DNA of 49,531 nt from Paraglomus brasilianum. Lineage: Eukaryota. The notes below the pieces were generated by a model that was not told where the DNA came from, did no database searches, and saw only the letters and a list, made by a program, of their open reading frames with translations. This document shows, in pieces, positions 38,382 to 49,531 of this stretch. Where the stretch lies: assembly GCA_910592345.1 (NCBI GenBank), contig CAJVPI010000142.1:1-49531 (forward strand). Direction: 5' to 3'. Both the position numbers and the translations under genes were made by a program. Each line of letters starts with the position of its first letter. The first letter of the stretch is position 1.

Positions 38382-39586
38382 AGTCCTCTCTATTAAAACT
38401 CCTCTAGTTATAATAAACTGATTTCCATTATAGTGTCGTGCCAACGGTCACGGGAGAGCGGATACTATCGACACTTGGGATTTAACTTTCTTTCAACGGA
38501 GGTTGGCTACTCCTACTCGCTAAGTTAAATGTAACGACAGTTGGTGACCTTTCAATCAGGCTTTATTATTCGCCGATCGATGGTTTATAGTTTTGGGAGT
38601 TGTTCGTATAATTCTCAACGCATTGCTAATGAACGAATATTTATCGTAATTGTCACGAAAGTAATTGCGGGATATACTCTTAAACGATATAGGGATTAAC
38701 AGTTTCTCAGCTATACCGTAGTTAATTCATTATGAGTTTGTGTTAATGTTCTCAATTTATTTTCGTTCTTTATGAATATTGTAAGCGGCCACTTCCTTAT
38801 CAAGGCATTCGTGGAGTATTTTGTATCATAGATTTAAAAAATGCAATTTTCTTTTGGATTTTCTTTAATACTTCTGATTGTGCTGTAATTTTATCGTTGA
38901 TTTTATATAAACCAGTTTATCTTGTATTTTATATAGTAAAGCTGCTGTTTTTGATTAAGCAGATTCTCGTCATAATAAACAATATGTTTGAGCAGAAGTT
39001 TTAGAGAGATGTGTAACTCAAAAAATGACTTTATTAATTTTTTTGTTTGGTATAACTTTTCCAATTTTTCTTGTTGATTTTTTGTTTACAAACACGGTTA
39101 TAAAAATTGCTGTTCATATTCAGGGCTAATTTCTGCTAAAGAAACGTATTATTGAGAGACAAATTCAAGAAAATTGTAGAGAGTTAAAGCAATGGAAGAG
39201 GAATGGTAAAATACCCCCATGTAACTCTTATTAATTCAATAAGACAAGATGTGAATTAATTATTGAGCACAATGGCAAACGCATACTAGATTAATTATTA
39301 TTCAATAAATTTATGAGTTTTAAGCTTCTATTTAATCCAGCAGGCATAAAAATTGATATGGTGATTACTGAATAATAACAATTTAAAAATATTGCTTTTG
39401 TTGTGTCTGAGTTTGGGACGTGTCTCAGTTCAGAACCCAGCCATACTTGCAGCATAACCCATATATAAATTTTTATCAATGTTTGGTAATGCCCATTTCG
39501 GTTTGCCTTTTATTCAAACAATTTGGTATATTCAATTGCCATTCTCACGAAGGGGCTATTTGTAATAGTTAAACTCTAAAGAACTT

Positions 39587-40399
39587 TTAACTTTGGAAAG
39601 CCGATTCAGGTGGTATAGATTCCTTTGGATGCTTAGCCTGTTAGGATAAATAAATGATAAGAGTAAGTAAGCAAATTAAAGCAAAGTCAGATGAATAGAG
39701 GAGACGGTTGTTCGATGCTTGGTTGGTAATTCTAGTATATCATCAGTTATTATTGGATATTGTATAATTGATATTAGTTCAAAACATCTAAAGTTTAAGA
39801 TGCATAAATCGTAAGTTCGACTAAGCCGACTGTTCGTCTAAGTTTACCTCCATGTGTTTAACAATGATCTTGTAATTGGCGGCTGGTGTCTATGTCGTAA
39901 TAGATAAAATTCATAGTTTAAGTATGGCAGTAAGAAGTGTTGATCAGCAGATATCTTAGAGCTTTCGCTTATAATTTCGTCCATAAATTGTATTCCAAAG
40001 TTATCCACTCACTTTACAAACAGGACACTTCATTTGAAGTCCAGCCGCACGCGCTGCCAACTGTGACTTCCCACCTTGTCTTGTCTCAGCTAGTTTCTGT
40101 GCTTTTTCTCTGCGATGAAGTCGTCGATTAAATGTAAATATAATGCACTTAACGAATATGATAGATTTTATTTATTTTTGTCTATATAACGACAGAAATT
40201 ATCCGCTATACCTTGCTTGTTCCTACGTATTTAACATGTCGGTAAATATGAGTTCACACTTAAAACAATGTCCCCGAAAATCCCTCCTGTGTCGCTCATA
40301 CTAATACACTCGGTCTCTTCAAATCACTTTCATTTGATCACCTCGTATCTTCTTGCTCAATCGACTCTTCAAACATACCTTCTGCTTACCCCTAGCCAT
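39587..40399 (-). CDS. ZNF706: ZNF706-like small protein (SERF/4F5 N-terminus + C2H2-type zinc finger), 73 aa, 5 exons
   Basis: Exons 40399-40379, 40222-40212, 40109-40013, 39889-39848 and 39637-39587, all GT-AG, total 222 nt. They give MARGKQKEQAREKAQKLAETRQGGKSQLAARAAGLQMKCPVCKTPAANYKIIVKHMEAKHPKESIPPESAFQS*, with MARG.QK and CxxC..HxExKHPK signatures. Confidence 0.9.
39687..39745 (-). ncRNA. Candidate intronic box C/D snoRNA
   Basis: Box C TGATGA (39745-39740), box D CTGA (39690-39687), and internal CTAGAATTACCA complementary to conserved 18S rRNA UGGUAAUUCUAG. It sits in the longest coding-region intron (210 nt) of the ZNF706-like gene. Confidence 0.6.
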
Positions 40400-41979
40400 T
40401 CCTATATTAGAAAAATAACACTTCAATACCTCTGAACACAAGTAGAACTTCGTCAAACTTATGAGCGACAGCAGAACAAACTGTGAGAGGTGAACGAGAA
40501 ATGAGTTGGAATGGTTTCCAGACAAGAAGCGATATTGTATAGATCGCAACAAAGTAATGTAATTTTATTGGGTGATATATATTGGATTGATACACAAGTT
40601 ACAATGTTCGTGGGACAGAATGATTGTTGAATGGCTCGCAAACTCGTTTGTTAACTCCGGACTATGAATTCTCAAATTTCTGCTGCTTGTTTGTGAGCCA
40701 TACAGGCTCGAATTCGAAAGTTATCGGTCCACACTTTGGAAAGGGGAGGCCTCTATCCCTACTTGATTTGTAAACATTTGGCGGCAACAAAAATCGGACT
40801 TTTTCCTGGACCTTTCATACTTCATAATGCTGTGCATTCTCTAGCTGCTGTCTCAAAAAAGACACAAAATATTCATAAACATTATGCAGCGGCATGATTA
40901 TCCATTTATCATCAAGAACATAACAATCACAATACACCTTGGAACAGCCTCCAGGAAAATGGTCATCGGCTGAATAACCCTCCGTTTCCGTTATCGCTCC
41001 CCATACATAAGTTAATCACACCAAAAGTTGGCGCGACCAAACCGTTAAAGGTTTATCAAATTTACCGAAGAACTATGTCGCAGCCTACAACCGTTAGAAA
41101 TAAGCACACTGATCGGCAGTCCATTATTAAGGAAAGACGAGCAGCGCTAGAAAGACCGGTTCGATTTAGCCGAAGAAAACGTACAGAATGACATGTTTTA
41201 TCAAAGATTTATGACACTTTCAATCCTATCACGAATGAAATAGATGCCTGCGATAGAGTTCTTAACCATTGGTCGTCACGTTGAAAAAAACGCCAAATTC
41301 GAGGATGATTTTTTTTACCTCTCAAATCTCAGCAATGTCAACAGTGCAATTGCGATATTTGGAAAAATGACCATTACTATATAGGTAGATAGAATTTTTT
41401 GTAACTACCGTATTAATATTAAACTTTTTACTAATCTATTACTATTTTAAGATTTATTCATATTAATGTTTAGTCTAACTACCCATCTTTCAATAAGTAC
41501 AACTTTATTGCTGAACTACATATTAATATACATATTAAAGCTCATTTTAACTCTATCTAAAGACAGGAAACTACCCATCTTTCACAAATTAGTGACCTGT
41601 CAAGCCACTGGGCACCAAACTTAACATTAAAACTTTACAATTATTGTCTTGACACCAATGTGAATTTTGACAAAATGAGATTTTCAATTTGCTTGTTAAG
41701 TCATCTAAACTATTACTAATTATTATTACTGCTATTCAACACGACATATGGGGCAGACTGCAACAAAACCAGACTAAGTGACATTTGAGTTAAAGGTGGT
41801 TAATATGGTTGAGAGCACACTAATATAGATAATGATGTTTTGGGAAGGCTTTGCTTGAGTGGCACAACTGACTGTTATATATTAAGACAATGTAACCGAT
41901 ATTCAAATTGATTAAGATCAAACTTTTTGCTGGAAGTTTAATATTCAATATTAATATTAATATAGAATTATCTCTATAT

Positions 41980-42653
41980 TGTTACGGTCGGATGGTATCT
42001 TTCGCGTAGTAGTAGGGGTCTTCTGACCGGGGGTTATTACCAGACTAGCTTCGTGCTACCGCCCTTTATTACGGTAGTTGTTCAATTAAGACTGAATTCT
42101 AATCTACAAGTGACCTATTTTATATAATTATCTCATTGTCTCCAACTTATTAAATGATATTCGTTTCAATAACAATAAATAATTAATAACTCTCGTTCCT
42201 CAATTAAGAGTACTAGATCAACGATAATTTATACAGCTTGAAGGAGCCGTTTATTAGTATCGGTTAAATAATTAATATTTCGACAATGAGGTTTCGAATT
42301 CCGTGGAGTGGAAACTATAATAATATGAACAAACTAAACAATGTTTACAACATTGACAGCATTAACAACATGAGAATTTGACGGTGGGATAAGGGCCGCT
42401 TATATAACTAGCGATTCCCAAAATGCGAAACGGAAGGTATCATCGTAGAATCTCTTAAAGAACCAATAAATTCTAAGTTAACTAGTGCGTTTGTACTGAT
42501 GCCCGAAATGCGAAACGATGGTCGCACTACTATTCTAAAATTAATGCATGACTGCGGAGGAAGATTTTACCATGACATGACGCGAAATAATATTTACATG
42601 TTAATATTGTAATTGACCTAATATTGATGATAATAATAAATTGCATCATAACA
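41980..42653 (-). mobile_element. Possible solo LTR
   Basis: Ends TGTTACG ... CATAACA, a TATA-like TTATATAAG on the minus strand, and an internal duplicated AAATGCGAAACG. The TSD is not clean. Confidence 0.35.
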
Positions 42654-43719
42654 TTATGCTAACGTGTATCTATGTACTTTCAAATCTGCCTCCTGAGGGT
42701 AATCTCATGGGGGGGTACATACACATGATATGACTGATTCTAGAGTGAAGGAAAGCATACAATCAAAAGTTAAATAAAGAACAGCAATCATGGTTAGCTA
42801 GAAAAAAAACTTGGGACCTGACTCGTGAGTTTAAGGATTACTGTAGTCAGTTTATGCAACCATGCCACATCCCTACTCTTGTATGAAGGTCTTTTATTGC
42901 AGGACACTTTGATCCCTTCCTTTATAAAGGATAATGACACATTTGTATGTAGTGAAATTATTCATGTGAATCCTACAAGTTTCAGAAGTTACTAATATCA
43001 GTGGTAAATAGTACATCTAGAAGCTCCCAATAATTCTGAGGTCAAATGAATTAGAATTGGATTTGGAAAGAACGTATGCAGTGACACAACAATATATATT
43101 GTGAAATGTCTCTTCCAGATGTTCTGGAATGGACATAGTAATGGTGAGTTTCATTTCAAGTCCTAGTATTTTGTATCTCTTGTTAATTTTTTTTAGTTGA
43201 TTCAGGCTTGAAATACTCACAAACGATACCAAGAATCGAAAAATAGATGATGCTTTGAAAGTGCTAAAAATGAACAAAAAGAAACATTAAACTATTACTA
43301 TATGCAGAAAAAGGCCGGACACATTTATTATTTTAGGTATATGACCAAATATACGGTCAAGAAAACATTTTCGTAAATATGATAAATTTACTAGTTAATA
43401 ATATTATTTAATTGAATAAAATAATTTAATTGAGATAAAAGGCTAAGTTCATAGCAATGTCATTATCAAAAGAATTTCCTCAATGAAAAAACTACTATGA
43501 TAATTAACCAAATGGTGTCACTGTATCAGCATATGATAGCGCTTTTTTGAATTGAAATTATTATGTTTTCAGACAATGCGACATCAGTTAATACAGAGAT
43601 GTGTTATTAAAAAAAATCAATTAACATCAGAGATTTAAACAACGCTTTCGTACTCGACACGGTTTATAATTATATTAATAGCCTTATCGTCATTCTACTC
43701 ACACACCTACTAATACATT

Positions 43720-45669
43720 TTAACGTTCTTTCTTCTCTTGTAAACTTTGTAATCCTGTCCGAAACGATTCTCTTGCCGACAAAAGGGTTTCTACCCACCC
43801 TACTTCCTCATATCCGTGAACCACCATGTGCTCAGCTTCCTCATAGCTTACTTCTTCATGATCCATAATTAAACGCGTTATAGTCTCTGGTACCAAGACA
43901 TCATGAACGAAGCGCAATTTCAGTTCGTTCGAAAATTCGTGGAACAGACTACTTTTATCGATTTGTGTTGTGACGGCCGAAGGTAAATCTTTAGAGTTTG
44001 TCTTTTTGTCGATTGATGCTGCAACCTCTGGAACAAACATCGCACGGAGTAACTTTGCTATGAATCCAATTTCTGATAACGCGAATGGACCGTGAGAAAC
44101 GCTTGCCGCTAATCGTCGACGCGCCTTGCCCCCCTCGATGAAATGCTGGTATCTCCAAGCGACACTCTCATTTCCTGATGCCACTCGACAAAGTATGGGA
44201 GCAAGTCCTTCGACCAATTCACGGAGATCTGAATCGTAGTAGTTAGGGTCTTCTTCGTCGACTGTGAAGAGTCCTAGCTGCAATTAATCAGAAAATGCAT
44301 GTCAATCGGACCTACACTTCCTTGCGAATTCTACAAGAGGTCACATTACCGGACAAGTTTGGAATTTTTTCTCATATCTTGTGTAGAATTCATCACGTCT
44401 ACAGGTTTTGTGTGTTTCATCGAGGAAAGTTATTCGGTATTTATTCGACTAAGAGATTTCATGTAAGTTTCTTCGAATAGTGAAACGAAAAATACGTTGA
44501 AAAGATTTACTACCTTTATATACTCATCTATTCTTGCTGGATAATATAGCTTATTCTTTCGATAATATGCCAAGACCGGTTCACCCGGTATCTTCAAACT
44601 GGTTGAGTTGGCCAATTAGATTTTACGATTTTATGCAAATACCACTAATGTGTCAACTGATACTTTACCTCGTATCCAACTCTGACATCTCGGTAGAATA
44701 ACCGTCTTGCGTCTTGCTTATAGCAGAAAATCACAAAAGTCAACGAAAACTAAAACCTAATTCCTTACAACAGCCGTTCACCATTAAATTTAACTTACTC
44801 ATGATCCAAATTTGAATCGTTATCGTTTGACTGTCCAACTGTTGTTCCTATATGAACAAGATCCCAGAATACCAATAAATCAGATCAGGAAGCAACAATC
44901 CTACTGCAATTTATCGTTCTCGAATGGCTTTCCATAATCAACAGACCTGTCCTTTTCGGCTTTTTAGGAGAGGCCACAGTTTGTATTGCCCAATCTGCGC
45001 TAGGTAATCCATCATTATCCTCGATATCTTCCTCTTGAGCCAGTTCAAAGGCCCTTACAAATTCTTTTTTTCGCTTAGACTTTATTCCATCTTCGCGAAA
45101 TGTGGATGATAACGAATGATGGAAGGGGACGATGCACTCTGAAGATGGATCGGAAATTTCTACTGTGCTTTGTTTCGAATGATGGAAGTTAGTCTATATA
45201 CGCTTAATTGGTAAAAAAAATGTTGCAGATATTACAGACTTTGGTTTTATCCGACCGAAGTATTTTACTTTGAGAGGAATTTCAGACTTGTTCTCGTTTA
45301 TTATCTATAATAAATGAAGCGTTCAACTCAGGCATGGTAATGGTGGGCCAATGTCCATACAAAGTGGCGACTCGCAGAAAGTTACAAGCGTGCTTGTCGG
45401 CTTACCTCCCCAGGCCACCAAAGCCCTTCGGTTTCATGCAATACCCACACTATCTTGGGTAGTAATCTCGTGTCGAACTTATCCGACATCGCGGTATTAT
45501 TTCTGGTAGAAAACGTTCTCGTGTTTTTACCAGAATTTGAGCGACTTGAACGACTAGGTCGTGCTTTTGACTCTTGAGAGCCTTTGTCTCTGGCCTTCTG
45601 CTTCTTGGGCGAAACAGGAGACGAGGACGTCTCGTTATCGTGCGTGCGTTTCTGTTTGTTAGCTTTCAT
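43720..45669 (-). CDS. PWWP-domain protein with a second Tudor/Royal-family-like domain; multi-exon
   Basis: IVWVLHETEGLWWPGE...LKVKYFG...IVPF...EFVRAFELA (PWWP) and PGEPVLAYYRKNKLYYPARIDEY...YRITFLD (Tudor-like). Basic N-terminus; helical last exon at about 44277-43720. Confidence 0.75.
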
Positions 45670-45929
45670 TTGCTGAATTATACACGAGTATGCCGCGAAT
45701 CCTTGTGTCCGGCAAGAATTTCCGAATTATTGAGTGGTTTATAAATGACAGCTGACGTGTTGATTGAACGGATACCCAAGTTGAGGCGGTAATAAATCAT
45801 GGGACCGCCGAATGCCACAAAATGACAAAAGTGGTAATATAGCACGAGAAAAGTAAGCTTGAAATCTTTGAATCTAAAAAATTCAGAACCATACTGTTTG
45901 CATAGTAACATAGTAATAGATAATTGACA
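45670..45929. promoter_or_regulatory. Short divergent promoter between the PWWP gene and CENP-M
   Basis: Head-to-head ATGs at 45669 (-) and 45930 (+), 260 bp apart. Confidence 0.5.
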
Positions 45930-46820
45930 ATGATGAACAACGCGTTCTCTCCATTTAATCAGTTACCGCGCCCAGAAATTGGACGTAATGCTACAGTGCT
46001 GGTCAGTAACAAAAGGTTTATCATTCAGATATGAGCTTTACGATTCATGCTTTTCATATTGCAAATACAGATTGTAGGGCCACCGAGCGTTGAGAAGGCG
46101 AAGTTTGGTGAACAAATGATAAACATATTAGCGAACGAAATGACAATCCGCATGTATGTTTTTAGGAATTGCTATTGCATATTTTATTGTAATTTAGTTC
46201 ATATTCATGTTTTTATCACATATTTTTCAGTCGCACAGCAGAGTCTCTTCCTCTTCCATCCGCATCAACTCCTCGTCCTAGAATAGATTTTGTCCTATTC
46301 ATGTTATCTATGACACAAGCGGACAGTTTCGAAGTGTTTAAGAATTCAGTAAAGAAATTAAATGAAGAGTACTTCCTTGGGAGGTGTGCCGTTGTAGTCA
46401 CCCAAGGCAAGAGACGTTATCATTGCATATAATAAAAGATTGCAATTAACATTAATTTACTAACATTACGTCAACGTCGAACAGTTGAGAAGGTGACTCA
46501 TTATACGTTCGAATGCGCTGAATTGGAATATTTTATCAGCAATGTTTGTGGAGACATGCACACATTTTATGTTAATCTGACGGTAAGTTATTTCGAGTGA
46601 AAAAGAGTTGGTTTGTCAAATGTGAGATTATATAACCTTGTAAATTTTTCTCAACTAGGACCAAGTTAACGTTCAAGTTATCGTGGGTCAGATAAATAGC
46701 TTAATAGAAGTTGCATGTGGCTATAAACGTGGAATCACTCCAGCGCTGCTTAGAGCGACAGAACTGTATGAGAGCTCGTATACATCGCTAGAAGAAATTT
46801 GGGAACCCAAACGAGAATAA
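45930..46820 (+). CDS. CENPM: Centromere protein M homologue (pseudo-GTPase), about 196 aa, 5 exons
   Basis: Exons 45930-46001, 46071-46153, 46231-46406, 46485-46582 and 46659-46820 total 591 nt. They give FSPFNQLP..NATVL|IVG...AESLPLPSASTPRPRIDFVLF...YFLGRCAVVVT...IEVACGYKRGITP, matching recalled CENP-M motifs (ATILLVG, AKSLPLPSSVNRPRIDLIVF, FFLGKVCFLAT, ICAGHVPGVS). Confidence 0.88.
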
Positions 46821-48449
46821 AAGTTTTATAGTCTCATCCCTTACAAAAATAAGACATGGCTAACGACATTAATATATTGAAATGTAAACGCGTTTAAAAA
46901 ATGGGATATCGTTTAAAATTCTAAAACTCGAACCATCTCAGATTGAATAATACAAAGAGAATGCCAATAGATATATAAAAGAAAACGGAGAGCTACTTGC
47001 ATGTTACTGTCTGTCTAGTGATTTTGCCTAATCGGTTGATGATCAAACGGAAAGCTAAGCGAGCGCAGAAGACGACCATTCTCGTTAAGCGGGAGGTCTA
47101 GGGACCAGTATATATGTCTTTAATGCTTTATCTCTCCCTTTGATGTATTAGTCTAACTGGAATCGGCACTTTTTTTCTTAATCTTTACAAAGTAAAATTT
47201 TCCTTTAGATTGTGTACGGAAAGAATAAAACTGCGTTTATATAACATTTGTTATTACATTCGTTAGTTACCCTAAGCCGAATTAAACTCTACATACCCAT
47301 CCTACTGACAGAATTCAGATTTTGTGCATCTTCTAATTGCTCGGATAAATACTTGTTACAAATTGTTAATTTTTATACAGTTAATGGCGCTGTGCTCGGT
47401 CGGATGCCGAAGACAAACCACTGAAGCTCAAAGAATGCGCCTACTGATCATACCATCTTCTTCAATGATGCACTAGTGCCAACATCGCCACACAAACTAT
47501 CCAGTGATGGACAACATAGTCCCAAAAAGCCAAAGTCGAAACGCATCAGAGATGTCTCCAGGTCGTTACATGGTGGCAACGGGGGCAGAATGCGCCTACT
47601 GACCGAAACCATTTTGTCAACGAGGCCACGCAACCATACATTCTCTGGCAGTCTGCGGATGTCGGTATATTAATATTAACTGACAAATAATTACTGGCAC
47701 CTTTAAAGGAGGAATAACCGCACTTTCCTAATGACATTGTTATTGGTCAAAATTTGTTGTCTTACGCGTCAACAAAAGTTGCACAGTGCTTAGACATTCT
47801 CTCGAAGTTAATTAAGAAGATCAGTTACGTCAATTGCGTCATCAAACATGTAAGACCCCTGAAAGAAGAATCGTGAATTCTGAGGCTAAACGACAGTTTT
47901 ATTATTACTATAAGTAGTAAAGCCTGCATCACTGTCACATAAAAGGATTACCAGCACTACTCTCAAAATATCAAATCGTGCCGTATATTAAAACCTCGTG
48001 CTAAACGAAGCGGTAACGGTAATACTGCAATATTCAACCCCCCGAAATAATTCGTGGCGTAGAAACTTTATTTAGTATTAGATTCCGAATTTGTAACGTT
48101 ATTAATATTAGTACTAGCGTTAATGTTAGTGAGACACCCCCTATCTAAATAAGGCATGTGGAATTAAGGAGAAGGAGAATGTTGTACGCGAGGGGGGCGA
48201 ATGTACTTAGTCCGAGAGTCGACCATGTTGAACTAATGATCATTTCTTCTGGAGATTGTAAAATTATCGGTTTAAGGGTGGTGAAAATAAAGCGCTGTCA
48301 GTTTGGTTAATGATAAGAGTGTCAAACGAGTCAAAGCGTTTTTTCAATTATCGATCTCTTGGTTGTAACTCTTCGTCTAATGACATTAATTCATTCCTAA
48401 CAACCAAGACTTGACGTTTGTCACCCCAATTCCCCATAACTAAATACTC

Positions 48450-49531
48450 ATGACTTCACAACAAAAGAAAAAACGCTTTTCATTCTTCGTTTCTCCTCCA
48501 CGCTCTCCAGTATTATCACCAGCGATAAATCAGTCCGTTCTTTCTTTGACCACAACTGATCCCGACGGTTTATTTGACCGTGCGAATGTTAGCAAATCAG
48601 TCGACGCACTTGAACGGCTCGTGTCGGCTGCGGACACGTATCGCGATTTAATAACCAGACTGACGAAAGCTTCGAAAGCTTTTAGTAAGGCGCTAAAGGA
48701 GTATGGACACTGTAAAGGCATGGAAGAGCGACATGGTAAGCGTTTTGATGGAATTGCAGGGCAGGAAGCATAGTATAGGAAGGAAGGATCATGACAAAAT
48801 CTAACGGATATCGACATTCTTAGTCATGTGTCTTCAGTCGACGTCGCAGTTTTATGATGGCTTGGCTGATGTTCAAGGAAAACTCGTAAGTTGTGGTTGG
48901 GCGCTGTTTTGGTGGTCTGGTTCAAAAGAACTAAACAGGTGGCAATCTATTATAGTACAAAGTTATACAAAAGGACTTTGACATGCTCATGAAGTTTTGG
49001 GACAAGTATTCTAAGAAAGCGATCGTAAGTAGCAAAAGGTCAAATGTATGATTCACGTTGTCTTGGTGATTAACATTCATTTATGGATCTGCGTAATTGT
49101 AAATATGGACGTCTTAAATTACCATCGAAATTCTTAAAAGAAAGATGAGCGAGCTCATGACAACAGCGTGGCCGATCTCGACAAGCTAGTAAAAAAAACT
49201 GGCAAGGACTATGAAAAACAAACAAAGAGGGATAACAAGGCTGCCGTTGAATCCCATGAAGTAAGTAGACTGTATTTTCTTCTCACCAAAATGATTTTGC
49301 TCATCCTGCTACTTCACTTATGGCATTCTTTATATAGAAGTATATATCTACGCTGACGTCACTTGGTACAGAGATTGCCCAAAAACGTAAGGAATATACA
49401 ATTCAGCTTACTCAACGAGAAAAGCGAGCATACTCGACGATAGCGCAGATAGTATGTCGCCTGGCTGAGGCACAGTTTGCGTCTTTTAATGATTCGTTGA
49501 AGAAATGCGGACCAAATATCACGAAAATGAA
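48450..49531 (+). CDS. IVY1: Ivy1-like I-BAR/IMD-domain protein (5' part, runs off the window end)
   Basis: DRANVSKSVDALERLVSAADTYRDLITRLTKASKAFSKALKEYGHCKG followed by spliced all-helical exons (QSTSQFYDGLADVQGKL; KYISTLTSLGTEI). This resembles fungal Ivy1-type BAR domains. The GT-AG introns are in frame. Confidence 0.65.

Noticed and set aside
40500..40830. U17/snR30 or RNase P/MRP RNA suggested by AAACCAT and GGAAAAAGTCC motifs
   Set aside because: The partner motifs (m1 AUAUUCCUA, the 3' P4 strand) were not found in the right positions.
42813..42875. tRNA-like or SINE-head-like sequence on the minus strand (GGGATGTGGCATGGTTGC...)
   Set aside because: No intact T-loop GTTCRA and no consistent cloverleaf; too degenerate to call.

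Overview
AT-rich, intron-containing eukaryotic DNA. The gene content and intron style suggest an early-diverging fungus (Mucoromycota, possibly Glomeromycotina); this assignment is inference only. Nine protein-coding genes can be reconstructed by hand: an AZUL+HECT (UBE3A/E6AP-type) ligase, an intronless nine-repeat Myb protein, a Slo/BK-type channel, a chorismate-lyase-fold protein, a ZMIZ1-like SP-RING protein, a 73-aa ZNF706-like protein, a PWWP/Tudor-like protein, a CENP-M homologue, and an Ivy1-like I-BAR protein cut by the window end. The ZNF706-like and CENP-M genes are essentially invisible in the ORF track because their exons are small. Between the genes lie Tc1/mariner and pogo-type DNA transposons and MITEs (including a nested cluster at 11.8-13.7 kb), a tiny TGTTG...CAACA element with a 4-bp TSD, and degraded pseudogenic sequence. 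The most interesting signals are: (1) the BK-like channel has the non-canonical filter TVGYLND and no Ca2+ bowl; (2) a fungal protein carries the ZMIZ1 N-terminal domain that binds Notch in animals; (3) a fungal CENP-M; (4) a candidate intronic C/D snoRNA with 12-nt complementarity to 18S rRNA; (5) a Myb-repeat array behind a mitochondrial-type presequence. Family assignments rest on motif recognition and reference sequences recalled from memory, not on database searches.
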